The position numbers and the translations under genes were made by a program. From Amphiscolops sp. MND2022 (lineage: Eukaryota): DNA of 64,000 nt. Below are positions 13,481 through 25,575 of this stretch, in pieces. The DNA lies in contig OZ076409.1 of NCBI GenBank assembly GCA_964187785.1, forward strand, positions 9,798,001 to 9,862,000, given 5' to 3'. Positions within the stretch are counted from its first letter, which is position 1, and each line of letters opens with the position of its first letter. The notes beneath the pieces were generated by a model. That model worked only from the letters and a program-made list of their open reading frames with translations, made no database searches and was not told the DNA's origin.

Positions 13481-13766
13481 ATAATACTATCTGCAGTACC
13501 TGCTACTATTGGGCTCTCACCTACATTTCCGTTTTAGTGAAGTTAACATTGAGATACCCTTGTTGAAACTGCTTGATTGAACTTTTTGCATGTACTTTTA
13601 TGTTGCTTAAACAGTTACGGAAACTCTCATGCGGAAAAATTTCACTGTTTCATTTACCTTTTAACAAGCTGCCTAAAAGATTCATCAAAGCTTTGACGGC
13701 AATTTTAAGCTTTGACGTTTTGCAGGAGTCAGCAAGCAGCAGTTGTAATTTTAAAAGCAACTAAGT

Positions 13767-15302
13767 TATCGCAGTGGGCCGCCTGCGATGGCCTGCTGTA
13801 TCAAGTCACCCCAGAAGACGACCTTATTATTCCCGGACCGGGAGTCTTACCAATATAATACAAAACTCAAAACTCAAGTAACATATTAGTGAGTGCAGTT
13901 ATCTTCATAAACAAACATTCATTCATGTTGTTTTGGCGCTTGATTTGATTAGAAAGTGCATTTATTTCATCACTTTATCTTAAGGCCAGTTTGACCGCAA
14001 TCATTTACATTTATTTCCATTTTATATAGTGATATGTAGTAACCCGGGTGAGTTACCTTTTGTCTATTGTGAACCAATTTACGCATACAATTATGCAATT
14101 TCTTGCTTGTTGCAGTTTAGAAATGTAGATTAGAAATCAATTGAACAATGTAACAAACTGGTAAAGCTGAAGGAAACGCGTTCAACTTGTACAGCGTTGC
14201 TGTAAAGTTGACGCGTTGTCCAAATTACTTTTAACCAATCAAATTGCGCGAATAGTTTTGTGCTGTAGTCACGCGGACGTTAGGTCCAACTTGTTATTGA
14301 AAGCCAAACAAAACTCTCAGAGGCATGAAATGTTACTGTTTGCATGTATTCAAAAATGTCAGTTTTGTTGTTGCTTCTATTTATATACTAGAGGACAAAT
14401 GACGTAATGTTTCAATTCACCCTTTTTTCTGTTTATAAAAAGTATTATGTCATATTTAGGTTGTTGCTATTTTAATGATGACATCATTTCTATTTTTACC
14501 TTATGACACTCGAAATATTGGGTGTCATGGTGATAAAAGTATATAAACGATGGATTTGGTGTTTGACGATTCATTCAATACTGTTGCAATAATATACATA
14601 CACTACTGTGAAAGTTTGACCAGTTATCCAATTTACACAAATTTCTCATCGAAATGCCTTCAACTAGAAAGCAGAAAGCTACAGAAAAGCGTTCAAGACA
14701 ATCCGACGTGATGTCTGATATTGAAAATGTTAATGTGATGTTAGGCAATTATCAGGAAAGTGATCAAGTTAGAGATGGAATTCTTAGTGACGCAGATTTT
14801 GACTTAGCGTCTAGGAGACCACAAAAAGAGACGCACTCAATTAGTGGAAACTTTAGGTCACTACAAAACACCAATCCGAGTGAAAATAGTGAAAATACAG
14901 CTGAGTCTAGTAGAGCAAGAAACTCAGAGGTTTCTTCGCAAATGTCTAGAAAACCAGAGGAAATGAAATCAGATCTAAATTCGCACATTTTGAACGTAAT
15001 GTACTCAGCAATTGAAGAAAAATTAATTCCTAGCATCAGAAACGCACTGAGAGGTGAAAACTTAGCTGATAATATGAATCCGGACCTTCGGTCAGATGGA
15101 CCGCATCCAAGTTCTTTTAGTTCTGTACGTCCACAAAGGGACTTTCGGTCAATTGGACCGCACCAGGAATTTGCCGGAAGAGCGGCCCAGGATACCAGAA
15201 AGGACTTCCTTAGGTTAGTGGCAAGGAGCAGTAACCATAGGAATCATCAAAGAGAAAATTCAGTGGATTCTAGGCAAAGTGATGTTGATGATGGTTACGA
15301 CA
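13767..15302 (+). repeat. 5' LTR of the Gypsy element (~1536 bp)
   Basis: Starts TATCGCAG directly after the TSD and ends GGTTACGACA; followed by PBS-like TGTTGACAGGAG. Confidence 0.85.
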
Positions 15303-16441
15303 TGTTGACAGGAGCCAACTATACCCCTCAAATAGTACCTGAATTTCTGACCGGACAGCCCATGCAATCCCGAAACAAGACTCCCCATCAACAGTGTATC
15401 AATGATGACACTCTTGACAAAACCCTTCCTGCACAGCAAATACCAGCCCATACGAAAACTCAGACAACAAACTCAGAATCTCCAGTAGATCCCATTAACC
15501 GTCTTGCAGACGTAATTATGGGCATAAACAACAAACTATCAGCACAAACAATGATGGTACGACCAGTCAGCATCACACCGCACTGACATTTGATGGCAAA
15601 AATGAAAAGTTCGAATTGTTCGAAGAAAGTTTTCACACAATGATAAAGATGCAGCCGGACATGACGGAGACAATGAAAATCAACCATTTTCATACCTTGC
15701 TGCGCAAAAATACGCTACAGACTTTCCATAAAATCAGTTCAGCAAACAGACAAACTCTTGAAATATACTAGCAGTCTTCCGTAGGAAAATTTCAAACCTG
15801 ACTCTCAGGCAACCGCCAAGCAGAAATGCCCTAAATTGGTATTCGACCCGAATACCACGTAATTGCTTGATTTTCGCAAAGAACTCAACCAAGGCGCTGG
15901 AAAAGCCTTTGAGGCAAACGCCCAAGCAATGATTGACAGTCTGCTTTATGCTAAATGGCCGCCCAAACTGAAACGTTTGGTCAATATGGCGCGACTTGAG
16001 AATGTTACCTATGAAGAGATTGTCACACACCTCGAGCGTGAATGAGAACTGAATGGACTTGCGGAAGGTGACGATTTTCACGTTCCCACAATGTCCACAG
16101 CAACACGACCGGGTACTGGCCTCCTTTCCTTGGGCATTGACCCAAATGTCACCTGCAACAATTGCAAAAAACCAGGACATGTCAAAGATGAATGTCGAAA
16201 ACTCAAACGAAAGCAGGAACAAAAACGCAACGAATTCCAGAATACCAAAAAAGAGTATCCAAAGTGCCCAACTTGCGACAAAGCGAACCACCCGGCGGAA
16301 CAGTTTTGGAAAGGCGCCGGAGCATACTTCAAGCCCAAAAATTTCAAATTGGATAATTCCAAAACCGAGTAAACTACAATGAGTCGAGATGACTCCAACA
16401 ATAAACCTACTACTTCCATTCTTAAAAACCCAAAAAACTAG
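14654..16441 (+). pseudogene. gag (frameshifted), initiating inside the 5' LTR
   Basis: ORF 14654-15586 runs through the LTR end and continues by frameshifts into capsid-like and zinc-knuckle segments (15863-16045, 16091-16372). Confidence 0.8.
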
Positions 16442-16574
16442 ATTTGCCACGACTCCACTTTAACGAAAAACTACGTATCAGAGAATATGTAATATCTCTG
16501 ACCCTCCAACTGTATATTATACTGAACATTACTTATCACTGAAGGAAAACTCATCGGCTGACAGGCAGCAGCAG

Positions 16575-17670
16575 GTGAAAGACACTCCGATTACCTTACA
16601 AGACTTGGACCTCCACTCAGATGGACGGCATTGTAACACTACTACTACCCGGCCTATCACCCTGATAGATAATTATAAACCCTACTATCCTGACCCAGAC
16701 TTTAGTTTTGATCCTTATTGGGACATTCAAATCTACAACCAGCATCATTTACAATTCTACAACAATTTTACCAAAAATATTACCGATATAGAACTTGATT
16801 CACCTGAAATCGACCAGAATCTCAACACACACTTATCCACGGCGGTTGTTGACCCTTGGCAAAATACACGAGTTGTCCCGCATTCGACAACTTATGCAGA
16901 GCCAAAGGCACAAATTTCCCAAGACGGACCTCTGGTCACGCTGACGGCATTTGTCGAAGAACGCTTTGTTAACACGCTCATCTCACAAGACGGTGACCCC
17001 GATTACGTCCCACTAACGACGAACTTGGGACTCAAATATAAACGACGCATGCTCTACTTTCCAATGGATTTTGGCGAACTAACATTAGTTAGCCTTGTTG
17101 ACACGGGAGCTCTGTCTAGCGCTATCCCAGAAGCTGATCTACGTAAAATCCGTTTAATAGCCCCTCAATCCATAATTAAAGAGAGTCCAGCTCCAAAAGT
17201 CCAAATTATGGTTGCCAACGGACAGTTGGAGACTCCAAAGAGCATCGTTGAACTCAAATTTGAGGTCGGGGACATCGATTTCTACGAGATCTCCATTGTC
17301 ATGGACTTACAAGTCCGTTAATTGGTCTCTCGGTCCTTCAACGGAACAATACCATGTTAGATATGCGACAGGAAGACTTAAACTTCCCATTTTTTCCATG
17401 CAATTGAAAACAGCGGACCACAAATACACTATCGTCATGGAACCTATCTGCGCACGGGAGGATATAACTATCCTTCCTAACGACAGACACATGATCTCCA
17501 TGTACTCCCAACTCTATAACGACACTAACGTCCCTGGAATCCTTCAGCTTCCTACACCGATTCAACGACAAATTTTGAAAGAATTATACAACCTCCAAGA
17601 ATTAGAAAAAATCAACCCTCAGGATGACCCTACGCCCAGAAAACAGTTTCTTAATTCCCCAAACAATTAA
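16575..17670 (+). pseudogene. Truncated pol: aspartic protease region only
   Basis: LVDTGALSSAI and IMVANG motifs in ORF 16575-17321; sequence reaches the 3' ORF without any RT motif. Confidence 0.8.
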
Positions 17671-17684
17671 CAGCAGGGCGCGCC

Positions 17685-18395
17685 ATGGCTACGGAAATTA
17701 CAGAATGCCTCAGCGATCTTAGTTTGCCAAACAGCGAATTAGTTGAATCAGCAAGCACCCTTTCTGACCCGTTAAATTCACTAGTCGACTGGTTATTTGG
17801 TAATCCGCACTCACATTATGGAAAATCAGTTAGTAATCACCCAGTAGCTCACTGTGGTCAAATTGACCCAGTGTTGGATACTCCTTTATCACCACCGTTA
17901 GTTGACCAGCGACCAACTAACGATTTTGGCCATGATGTCTACCAATCATATGCCGGGGATAGCTGGACAAACAACCCCTAAACCACAGGACTAGGAATAC
18001 GCGTGAGTGGGGCCTGTGTTCAGCTGAACGACGTCTATCATACAGGATGCATTGTGTGCGGCAAAATTTACCCAGCATATAAAGAGGAGATCACGCTCGG
18101 GTATTTGGAAAGCACACATATGCACGGCGAAACATATGAGATGAGAATAGCCAAACGAAATGCATTCAAAGCGGGAATGAAAGCGGGGTCGTTCATTCTT
18201 GTACCCCGGGGAGTATCGCAGGCGGCTGCCTGCGATGGCCTGCTGTACCAAGTGACCCCAGAAGACGATCTTAATATTACCGGACCGGGAGTCTTACCAA
18301 TATACTATAAAATTCAAAACTCGTGTAAAATATTGGAGATTGCTGTTATCTTATCAAACAAACATTTATCCATGTTGTTTTGGCGCATGATATGA
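17685..18395 (+). pseudogene. Extra 3' ORF of unknown function in the Gypsy element (one in-frame stop)
   Basis: ORFs 17685-17981 and 18003-18395 share a frame and are separated by one TAA; contains GCIVCGK; overlaps the 3' LTR start. Confidence 0.6.
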
Positions 18396-19765
18396 TTAGA
18401 AAGTGCATTTATTTCATCACTTTATCTTAAGGCCAGTTTGACCGCAATCATTTACATTTATTTCCATTTTATATAGTGATATGTAGTAACCCGGGTGAGT
18501 TACCTTTTGTCTATTGTGAACCAATTTACGCATACAATTATGCAATTGCTTGCTTGTTGCAGTTTAGAAATGTAGATTAGAAATCAATTGAATAATGTAA
18601 CAAACTGGTAAAGCTGAAGGAAACGCGTTCAACTTGTACAGCGTTGCTGTCAAGTTGACGCGTTGTCCAAATTACTTTTAACCAATCAAATTGCGCGAAT
18701 AGTTTTGTGCTGTAGTCACGCGGACGTTAGGTCCAACTTGTTATTGAAAGCCAAACAAAACTCTCAGAAGCATGAAATGTTACTGTTTGCATGTATTCAA
18801 AAGTGTCAGTTTTGTTGTTGCTTCTATTTGTATATTAGAGGACAAATGACGTAATGTTTCAATTCACCCTTTTTCTATTTATAAAAAATTTTATGTCATA
18901 TTTAGGTTGTTGCTATATTAACGATGATATCATTTCTATTTTTACCTTATGACACTCGAAATATTGGGTGTCATGATGATAAAAGTATATAAACAATGGA
19001 TTTGGTGTTTGAAGATTCATCCAATACTGTTGCAACAATATACATACACTTCTGTGAAAGTTTGACCAGTTGTCGATTTTACTGTTAAAACACAAATCTC
19101 TCATCGAAATGCCTACACTAGGAAGCAGAAAGCGAGAGAAAATTGTTCAACACAATCCGACGTGATGTCTGATATTCAACATCTAGATGTGATGTTAGGC
19201 AATTATCAGGAAAGTGATCAAGTTAGATATGGAAATCTTAGTGACGCAGATTTTGACTCAGAGTCTAGGAGACCACAAAAGGAGACGAATTCAATTAGTG
19301 GAAACCTCAGGTCACTGCTAAGCACCAATCCGAGTGAAAATAGTGAAATTACAACCGAGACTAGTAGAGCAATAAACTCAGAGATTTCTTCGCAAATGTC
19401 TAGAAAACTAGAAGAAATGAAATCAGATCTGAATTCGCACATTTTGAAGGTAATTGACTCAGCAATTGAAGAAAAGGTGATTCCCAGCATCAGAAACGCA
19501 CTGGGAGGTCAAAACTCAGCTGAAAATACGAATCTGGACCTCCGGTCAGATGGACCGCATCCAAGTACTTTTAGTCAAGTAGGTCCACAAAGGGACCTTC
19601 GGTCAATTGGACCGCACCAGGGAATTGTCGGAAAAGCGGCCTAGGATACCAGGAAGGACTTCTCTAGGTTGGTGGCAATGAGCAGTAACCATAGGAATCA
19701 TCAAAGAGAGAATTCAGTGGATTTTAGGCAAAGTTATGACGATGATGATGATGATGTTTACGACA
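18214..19765 (+). repeat. 3' LTR of the Gypsy element (~1552 bp)
   Basis: Preceded by short PPT-like GGGGAG; ends TTACGACA then TSD TAAGT. Confidence 0.85.
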
Positions 19766-20333
19766 TAAGTAGCTATCAGTTTTAGCGCTGAAATAATGCA
19801 AAATAACTTCAGTCGCGTAATAATCTGCAAATTAGCGTCATGTTCAGCGCGCTTCTTGAGGAGCGGTAATCACATCAGGTGAGTAGCTGAGAAACAAAAA
19901 TTGAATTTAAAGTGGTCGTGTCAGTAATGTAGTGGAAATTAATTTCAATTTTAATTGCAGCAGTGGAAAATGCAGCGTAGTTGTACAAGATTTACCACCC
20001 GAAGCTCACTGAATTTTCTAGGGTTTATAATAAATTACCCTGCATGCAGGCCTGCAGTATGTAAAAAGTTCCTGCAGTTTCAACTCGGGTAGTAACAAGT
20101 CAGTATACCCCCTTTTCTAGATGAGTTTGTTTTAGCAGTTGATTTGCTCTCAATTGAGTTTCCAAAGAAACATTTCACGTAATTTCAAATAATTTAACTC
20201 CTCTTTTATTACTGAAAAGTCTTTTCAAACAATTGGGTACTCCTCACTAAGTGTGGTCTCAACCGTTTTCTCTTTACTAAGTTTGTCCCTATAACATAAG
20301 TGTGGTCCATGCATATTTTGTCGGATACATCTT

Positions 20334-21917
20334 TATAACGTAGTCAGCTATGTTCACATTCTCCTGTGCCCTGAATGCGGGAGCGGAGCGACGTGCCATA
20401 TGTCCATGCCTCAATGTTGCTGTTTGGAGAAGGAAGCGAAGCGCCCGAGCCATACAACAAATATGAACCTTTTCAAATCAAGTTGTAATGACCTTCATCT
20501 GGGGTCATTCCGTTTATTCTCATAGGCCTGGACATCGAGGCCACGTCTTCCGAACCGATTTCGTTTGTTTATAATCTTACGTTTTCAGGTGCTCTTCCAG
20601 ACAATGATGTAGACATTGTAGACGTACGTAGACAATGATTTTTGAGGATAGATTCTCTAACTTTTTTAGGATTTCTCCTTGTCCCATTTCAGTTTCCCTA
20701 ATTCTCTTTCCAACAGACGTTTCCACTCTTTCGAAAATTTCCAAAAAGATTTTGTCGGAGATTCTTGGTATAATTTCAGTTCTTTGACTGGCCGTCTCAG
20801 GTCGGCGAGTCCCTTGCTTTCCTTTTCGATGAACGTTTTTCGACATTTTGAATCCTAGTGGAACTTTTGGGTTCAGGATCTGTTAATACAATTTATCCTC
20901 TTTACTGGGGGAAAATGGGAGTTAAATTCAGGGATTTTGAATAGTTTTATTGCCTGACCAAGGATAAGATGAATAACAGATCGAGGCTTCCAAAGGATTT
21001 CTTACAAAATCAACTTAAATTTTTTAAGGTATAATTGTTTTTCATGACAAACGCGGGGAAATTTTTGCATGCAATTTTCACACTTTGTTCAGTCTGGCAA
21101 CCCTCAAAGAGCGGAAACCGGAAACTCGGTCCACTTCATCGAACTCAGACCTTCAGCTCGTTCATGCTTTCGTAAGAAAACAAGCATACGGTCAGAGTTC
21201 CTTTCGTCTCCAATTCCCACCCCTTCAAGACGCTGAAAACTGAATTCAACGTTGAATTGACGACGATGATTCACAAACTTCACTAAATTGAACAAATGGG
21301 ATAAAATCATGACAGTCAAAGCTTTGGAAAGGAAAATTTTCTTTCCCTTAGCTCAGCACGAATACAATCGTAAAACTTGGAATAGGTTGACATCATCAAG
21401 ATTCATATGGTCAAAAGAGGAAATTTGCAAATTGCACAATATCAGTATCAAGCTATGGCCTGGGGGGCATGACTGACCGTTCGTTATTTCACATGAAACA
21501 ATTATAAACTGAATGTAGTCAACGCTATAATTCAAGAAGCGAATATTAAACATTTTGTTACGTGAGAAATCGTAAGAACAGTAAAAATCAACACATTAGT
21601 ACATTTCAACAGTGGACTTCAATATTTTCGAATCCGTGGAAAGCCCTGGGCCGTAGGATACGGCAATCATAATTTCACAACTTGGTCAAATCATTTGTGA
21701 CATTTACATGTTTCGCATCGTTTCAATTGTCAATTTACCACGTTAACGTATGTAGACAACGATAACATATTCATGATTATATAGCAGCTCGTATCACATT
21801 TTATTCCGAGGCCGCATGCCAGGCCGGGAGCGCAGATTTCACATTTGAGGCCGCTAGCCAGACCGCGGTACTACTGCTTTGCATTCAGGGCATTTCACAG
21901 GCCGTGTGTTTCTAATA
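20334..21917 (+). mobile_element. HINE-like element (or two halves with an internal insertion)
   Basis: TGCCCTGAATGC (20367) is exactly inverted at 21881-21892; the 5' ~130 bp recurs inverted at 63727-63869. Confidence 0.45.
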
Positions 21918-22708
21918 TAATCAACCAAAAGCGCCATTTTGAGTACTATTAACTCCACTGTAACTCCGTGTTGGATCGTGTACTATATGTATATAATTAC
22001 ATACAATTCAAATGACAATTGTTCTATTGTTTAGCTCTGTTACTTTAGGTATTAATAAAATATAATAAAAATATAACTACATTTTATTTATTTTCAAGTG
22101 TTGTTTCTTCAGTTGTTGTTTCTCTCTTTTATTTTCCTAATTGTTTCCCATAGACTGAGCTTGTTTTGTTACAGTTCTCACAGCTCAGCTGGGGCTGTGA
22201 CACTAATTTCCAACGTATTGGCTGTAACAGGACTAAAAACTAGTAAATTGAATTCTACTGTTTGAGGCCTGTAGTTTGTAAATTTTTGTACATTTAATAT
22301 TTGCTTTAATTTTGATCTACATAATGTTTGCTTTACGATTGTTCTTCTACGACCACACTTAGACGGGAGTTTTCAGGCCGGCTGCATAAATTTTGCAGGG
22401 ACCACACTTAGTCAGGAGTACGAAAATTTGTTTATCTCACTTTCGATTCATTCTGATTCGCAAATGTATGTTAGCGTGAACGAAAAAGATGATGCTGTCA
22501 ATTTTTTTAGGATCGTTATCTTTTATTTATAACTCAAAATGGTTTCGATTGTAAAACTGAAATGACTCTTTGCCTGGGAGAAAAACATGTTGAACGATTT
22601 AGCCAATATAATCCTTCATAATGAGTTTTTGCCTTAGAAGAGAAAAAGAGCCTTAGAACAACTTTACTTCGTGAATACAAGTTACAGTGCCAGGTTTCGG
22701 TGTTTAAG

Positions 22709-22918
22709 GCGGAGAAGTTTTTCGTGAAGACTCTGCACACGCTGATACACATTGGCACCATCATCATCTTGGTGGTCGGACTCACGGCAGTGTTTGAGTT
22801 CCACAATCAGCACAACATTCCCAACCTCTACTCCCTGCACAGCTGGCTGGGACTGGGGACGGTGGCCCTGTTCGGAAGCCAGTTCATCTTCGGATTCACT
22901 GTGTACCTCTTCCCAAAA
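22709..22918 (+). CDS. CYB561: Cytochrome b561 coding exon 2 (70 aa)
   Basis: KTLH (His 2) and IPNLYSLHSWLG (His 3, SLHSW motif); acceptor TTTAAG| (alternative CAG at 22693), donor AAA|GTACGT at 22919, phase 0. Confidence 0.93.
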
Positions 22919-23450
22919 GTACGTATGAAAAGTATGTCGTTCTCCAAAAACTACAGGTTGTTTCAAAAGACAAAATGGATCAGATCGTCTTTACTGTATG
23001 GGTACACTTGTTGAGCTTTCCTTCAGAATCCGTACAGATCTGTGAGCCAATTTTCCTTGAGAATCTATAAAGATCGTGCCACTGCTACGTAAGGACAACT
23101 GCAGATCTGCAATGATCTTTACAGATGTTCAAAGTTTCTATGTACAGGTTTTTAAGGAACTTTTTTCCGGACCTTCTAGTGGAACTATGTATTTCATTTT
23201 TGGGGTTCTTCAACAAGTATTTTGGGAACATGGTTCGCTGGAGTACTTTTGGTAATTGCTTTCAACTTGGACTACGTTATAGTAATTGATTGGTCTTTTT
23301 CGTATAATTATATTTTGTCAAAACCTGCAATATCTGTCAGGATCTGTACAGATTCGCGCACAAACTTTTTGAAAACTTCATTCAAGAGGTGTGTTTATCT
23401 TGTACAGCACTTTTTAATCAACTAATTTCAATTTCAAAACTGTATTTATG

Positions 23451-25470
23451 TGTGGAAGTTTTAGTTTTTGGCGTCCACGAAAACCCATTGCTTTTGCGCG
23501 AAGTACATATGATAAACAAAACTATTCAAATTACGTTTTTAGACCGCTGGAATAGTGAAAACAGCTGAAAAGGCTGACAATAGCGTGTTTTATTACAACT
23601 CATTTGGCAAACCTGATGCTTACTTAGTAAACGAAAGTTCTTAGGTAGAATTACCAAGTTAGTGAGTGACGTCAGCGATGAAATGATTCGAATCAGCTAA
23701 ATCAGAGTCGATCCCTAAGAGCGAAATTTACTAAGTCTTTATTTAAGGCGAAAGAGAGATCTGAGACAGATTGGGCCACCCCCCGTCCCGGCCACCTACC
23801 GATCCGATCCGGCTGAAATTTGGCACACGTATACCTGAGCTGTTATGCTACTTGTCCATAAAAACGGAACCGAGCCGAGACCCCCCAGTCCCAGGCTATT
23901 AGCACCGGAAGTGACCTAGGTCGACCCCCCTACGATCTCGTCGGCCAAGCACGGAATAAATTGTATTATATATGGAATCGATAGCCCAAATGATATTAAG
24001 CTGTTTGCGAATGTTTTCGGAACCCTACGACGCGCGTAGGAGGAGTACGGACCCTAAGTAAATAAACCCCGAACGTTATGTAAATAGCCACCGGATGACT
24101 CGAAGATCATGAAACTTACCCAAGATGTTCAGCTAGTAACCCTAAGTAATATACATGAAAGATACATTAATCGATACACCACGCGCGGAGTATTGTTTGT
24201 TTAAGGCACGCGGGACCGGACGCGCGGGCCCGACCGATAAATGACATTTGACCTTGGCTTGTAATACCGCAAACGGAACGGAATAAAGAATGTAGTCGAT
24301 TACTACCAAGTAAGGAACCGTATTTGTAACCCATGCGGGGGTAGCCGCCTCAAGTAAACAAACGACACGCATATCATGTAACTCAAAGACCATTGACCCA
24401 AGGACGATATAACTTGGCATTTAACAACATTGGATGAGGACGAATAACTTCAAGGTCACCGATGGACCTCAAGGTCATTCTGGAGGCAACCCATGAACAT
24501 ATAAAGAAACTTATGATAAAACATGTAAATCAGCGTCTTTAGGCGATAAATTATGCATTTCAGTCAGGCGAGAGAATTCGCGATGCATTGCGCCCAAAAG
24601 GACGGGAAAATAACCCTTACACGTAGAGAGCATGTGAACCATGTAACTGAAGGTCATGGAACATTTGGCTCGATATTGGAAATATCTTGGGTAACATGAA
24701 TTATTATTGAAATGTGAACTTTGTACAACCTTTGTTGAAGTATTTGTCGTTGGCGGCGAAGTATGTCTGGCCGAAATATAAATAGGGCGCCGCCGTGCCA
24801 TAGAAGGTATGAAACTACATGAAGGTAAAGGCATGCAAATAAAAGAGAGACATCGGTACAACAAAAATGCGGGCGATGAACAAAAGAATTGAGGCGGAAT
24901 TTGAATATACTTTGATAGACAGAACCGAGTTAGAACGCTGGAATCAAGTTGAGTCTCGAGGAGACAAGATACTTGTTCAGATTACCACTCGCGCTTCTCG
25001 ACGAGCGAGTAGGAGGACTAGAAGAAGGTTGAGTCTTGCGGAGACAAGAGACACTTCTTGAAGATTTTGTTGTCGCTAGCCCAGTAGTATTGCTGACAAG
25101 TCCGGGACTTGTGATTTGGTTGAAGTTGGAGCTTCATCAAGATTGAACTGAATTGCGCCTAACGTACCTGGCTGAATCGTGGATTCGATTGTTGTCGTAT
25201 CTTTTTATTGGGAATTGCAGATAGCGTTTGATGAATATTAGTTAGTTTGACTGTTTTGATTTACCAGTGTTATTCTACGATAAAGAAGTAATTGTAATGT
25301 TCCACTACTTGAAGTTTTTGGATAGATGCGAGCCGATAGAGCAAATCTGGAGAGAGAAATTGACAGTAACAACAAAAGAATCGGCTAACTCACTAAAACA
25401 ACCTTTTTGTCTGTTAAGCTTCCAATTGGAGGTAAAACTCTCTCCAAGCCCCGAATTGGATTTTCTTACA
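23451..25470 (+). repeat. 5' LTR (2020 bp)
   Basis: TGTGGAA...TTCTTACA. Confidence 0.93.
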
Positions 25471-25471
25471 G

Positions 25472-25490
25472 TGGCGCTCCTGGGTGGGCT
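25472..25490 (+). promoter_or_regulatory. Primer-binding site, tRNA-Asn-like
   Basis: TGGCGCTCCTGGGTGGGCT is the complement of AGCCCACCCAGGAGCG-CCA, which resembles metazoan tRNA-Asn 3' ends as I recall them. Confidence 0.8.
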
Positions 25491-25575
25491 ACCCATTCTT
25501 TTTGATGTTACTGACAACGTTTGTGGACTCTGTTGGAGATATTAGTGGATTTTACAGAGTTATCAACCAGAGGAG

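Larger units (their letters stand above)
13767..19765 (+). mobile_element. Gypsy-type LTR retrotransposon, internally deleted (no RT/RNase H/integrase recognisable)
   Basis: Direct repeats 13767-15302 and 18214-19765; 5-bp TSD TAAGT (13762-13766, 19766-19770); gag capsid-like FDGKNEKFELFEE, CCHC knuckle CNNCKKPGHVKDEC, protease LVDTGALSSAI. Confidence 0.9.

Noticed and set aside
14035..15302. LTR defined from TGTAGTAACC
   Set aside because: Homology extends to 13767 and the TSD fits only the outer boundary; kept as a finding instead
15734..16450. 238-aa hydrophobic antisense ORF as env
   Set aside because: It is the antisense shadow of the Lys-rich gag zinc-knuckle region
22919..23014. Extension of exon 2 ORF (VRMKSMSF...)
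   Set aside because: Read-through into the intron; homology resumes at 33306 after a GTACGT donor
24511..24864. 117-aa minus-strand ORF repeated at 31070-31423
   Set aside because: Present twice only because it lies in young LTRs; no recognisable motif and several amino-acid differences between copies
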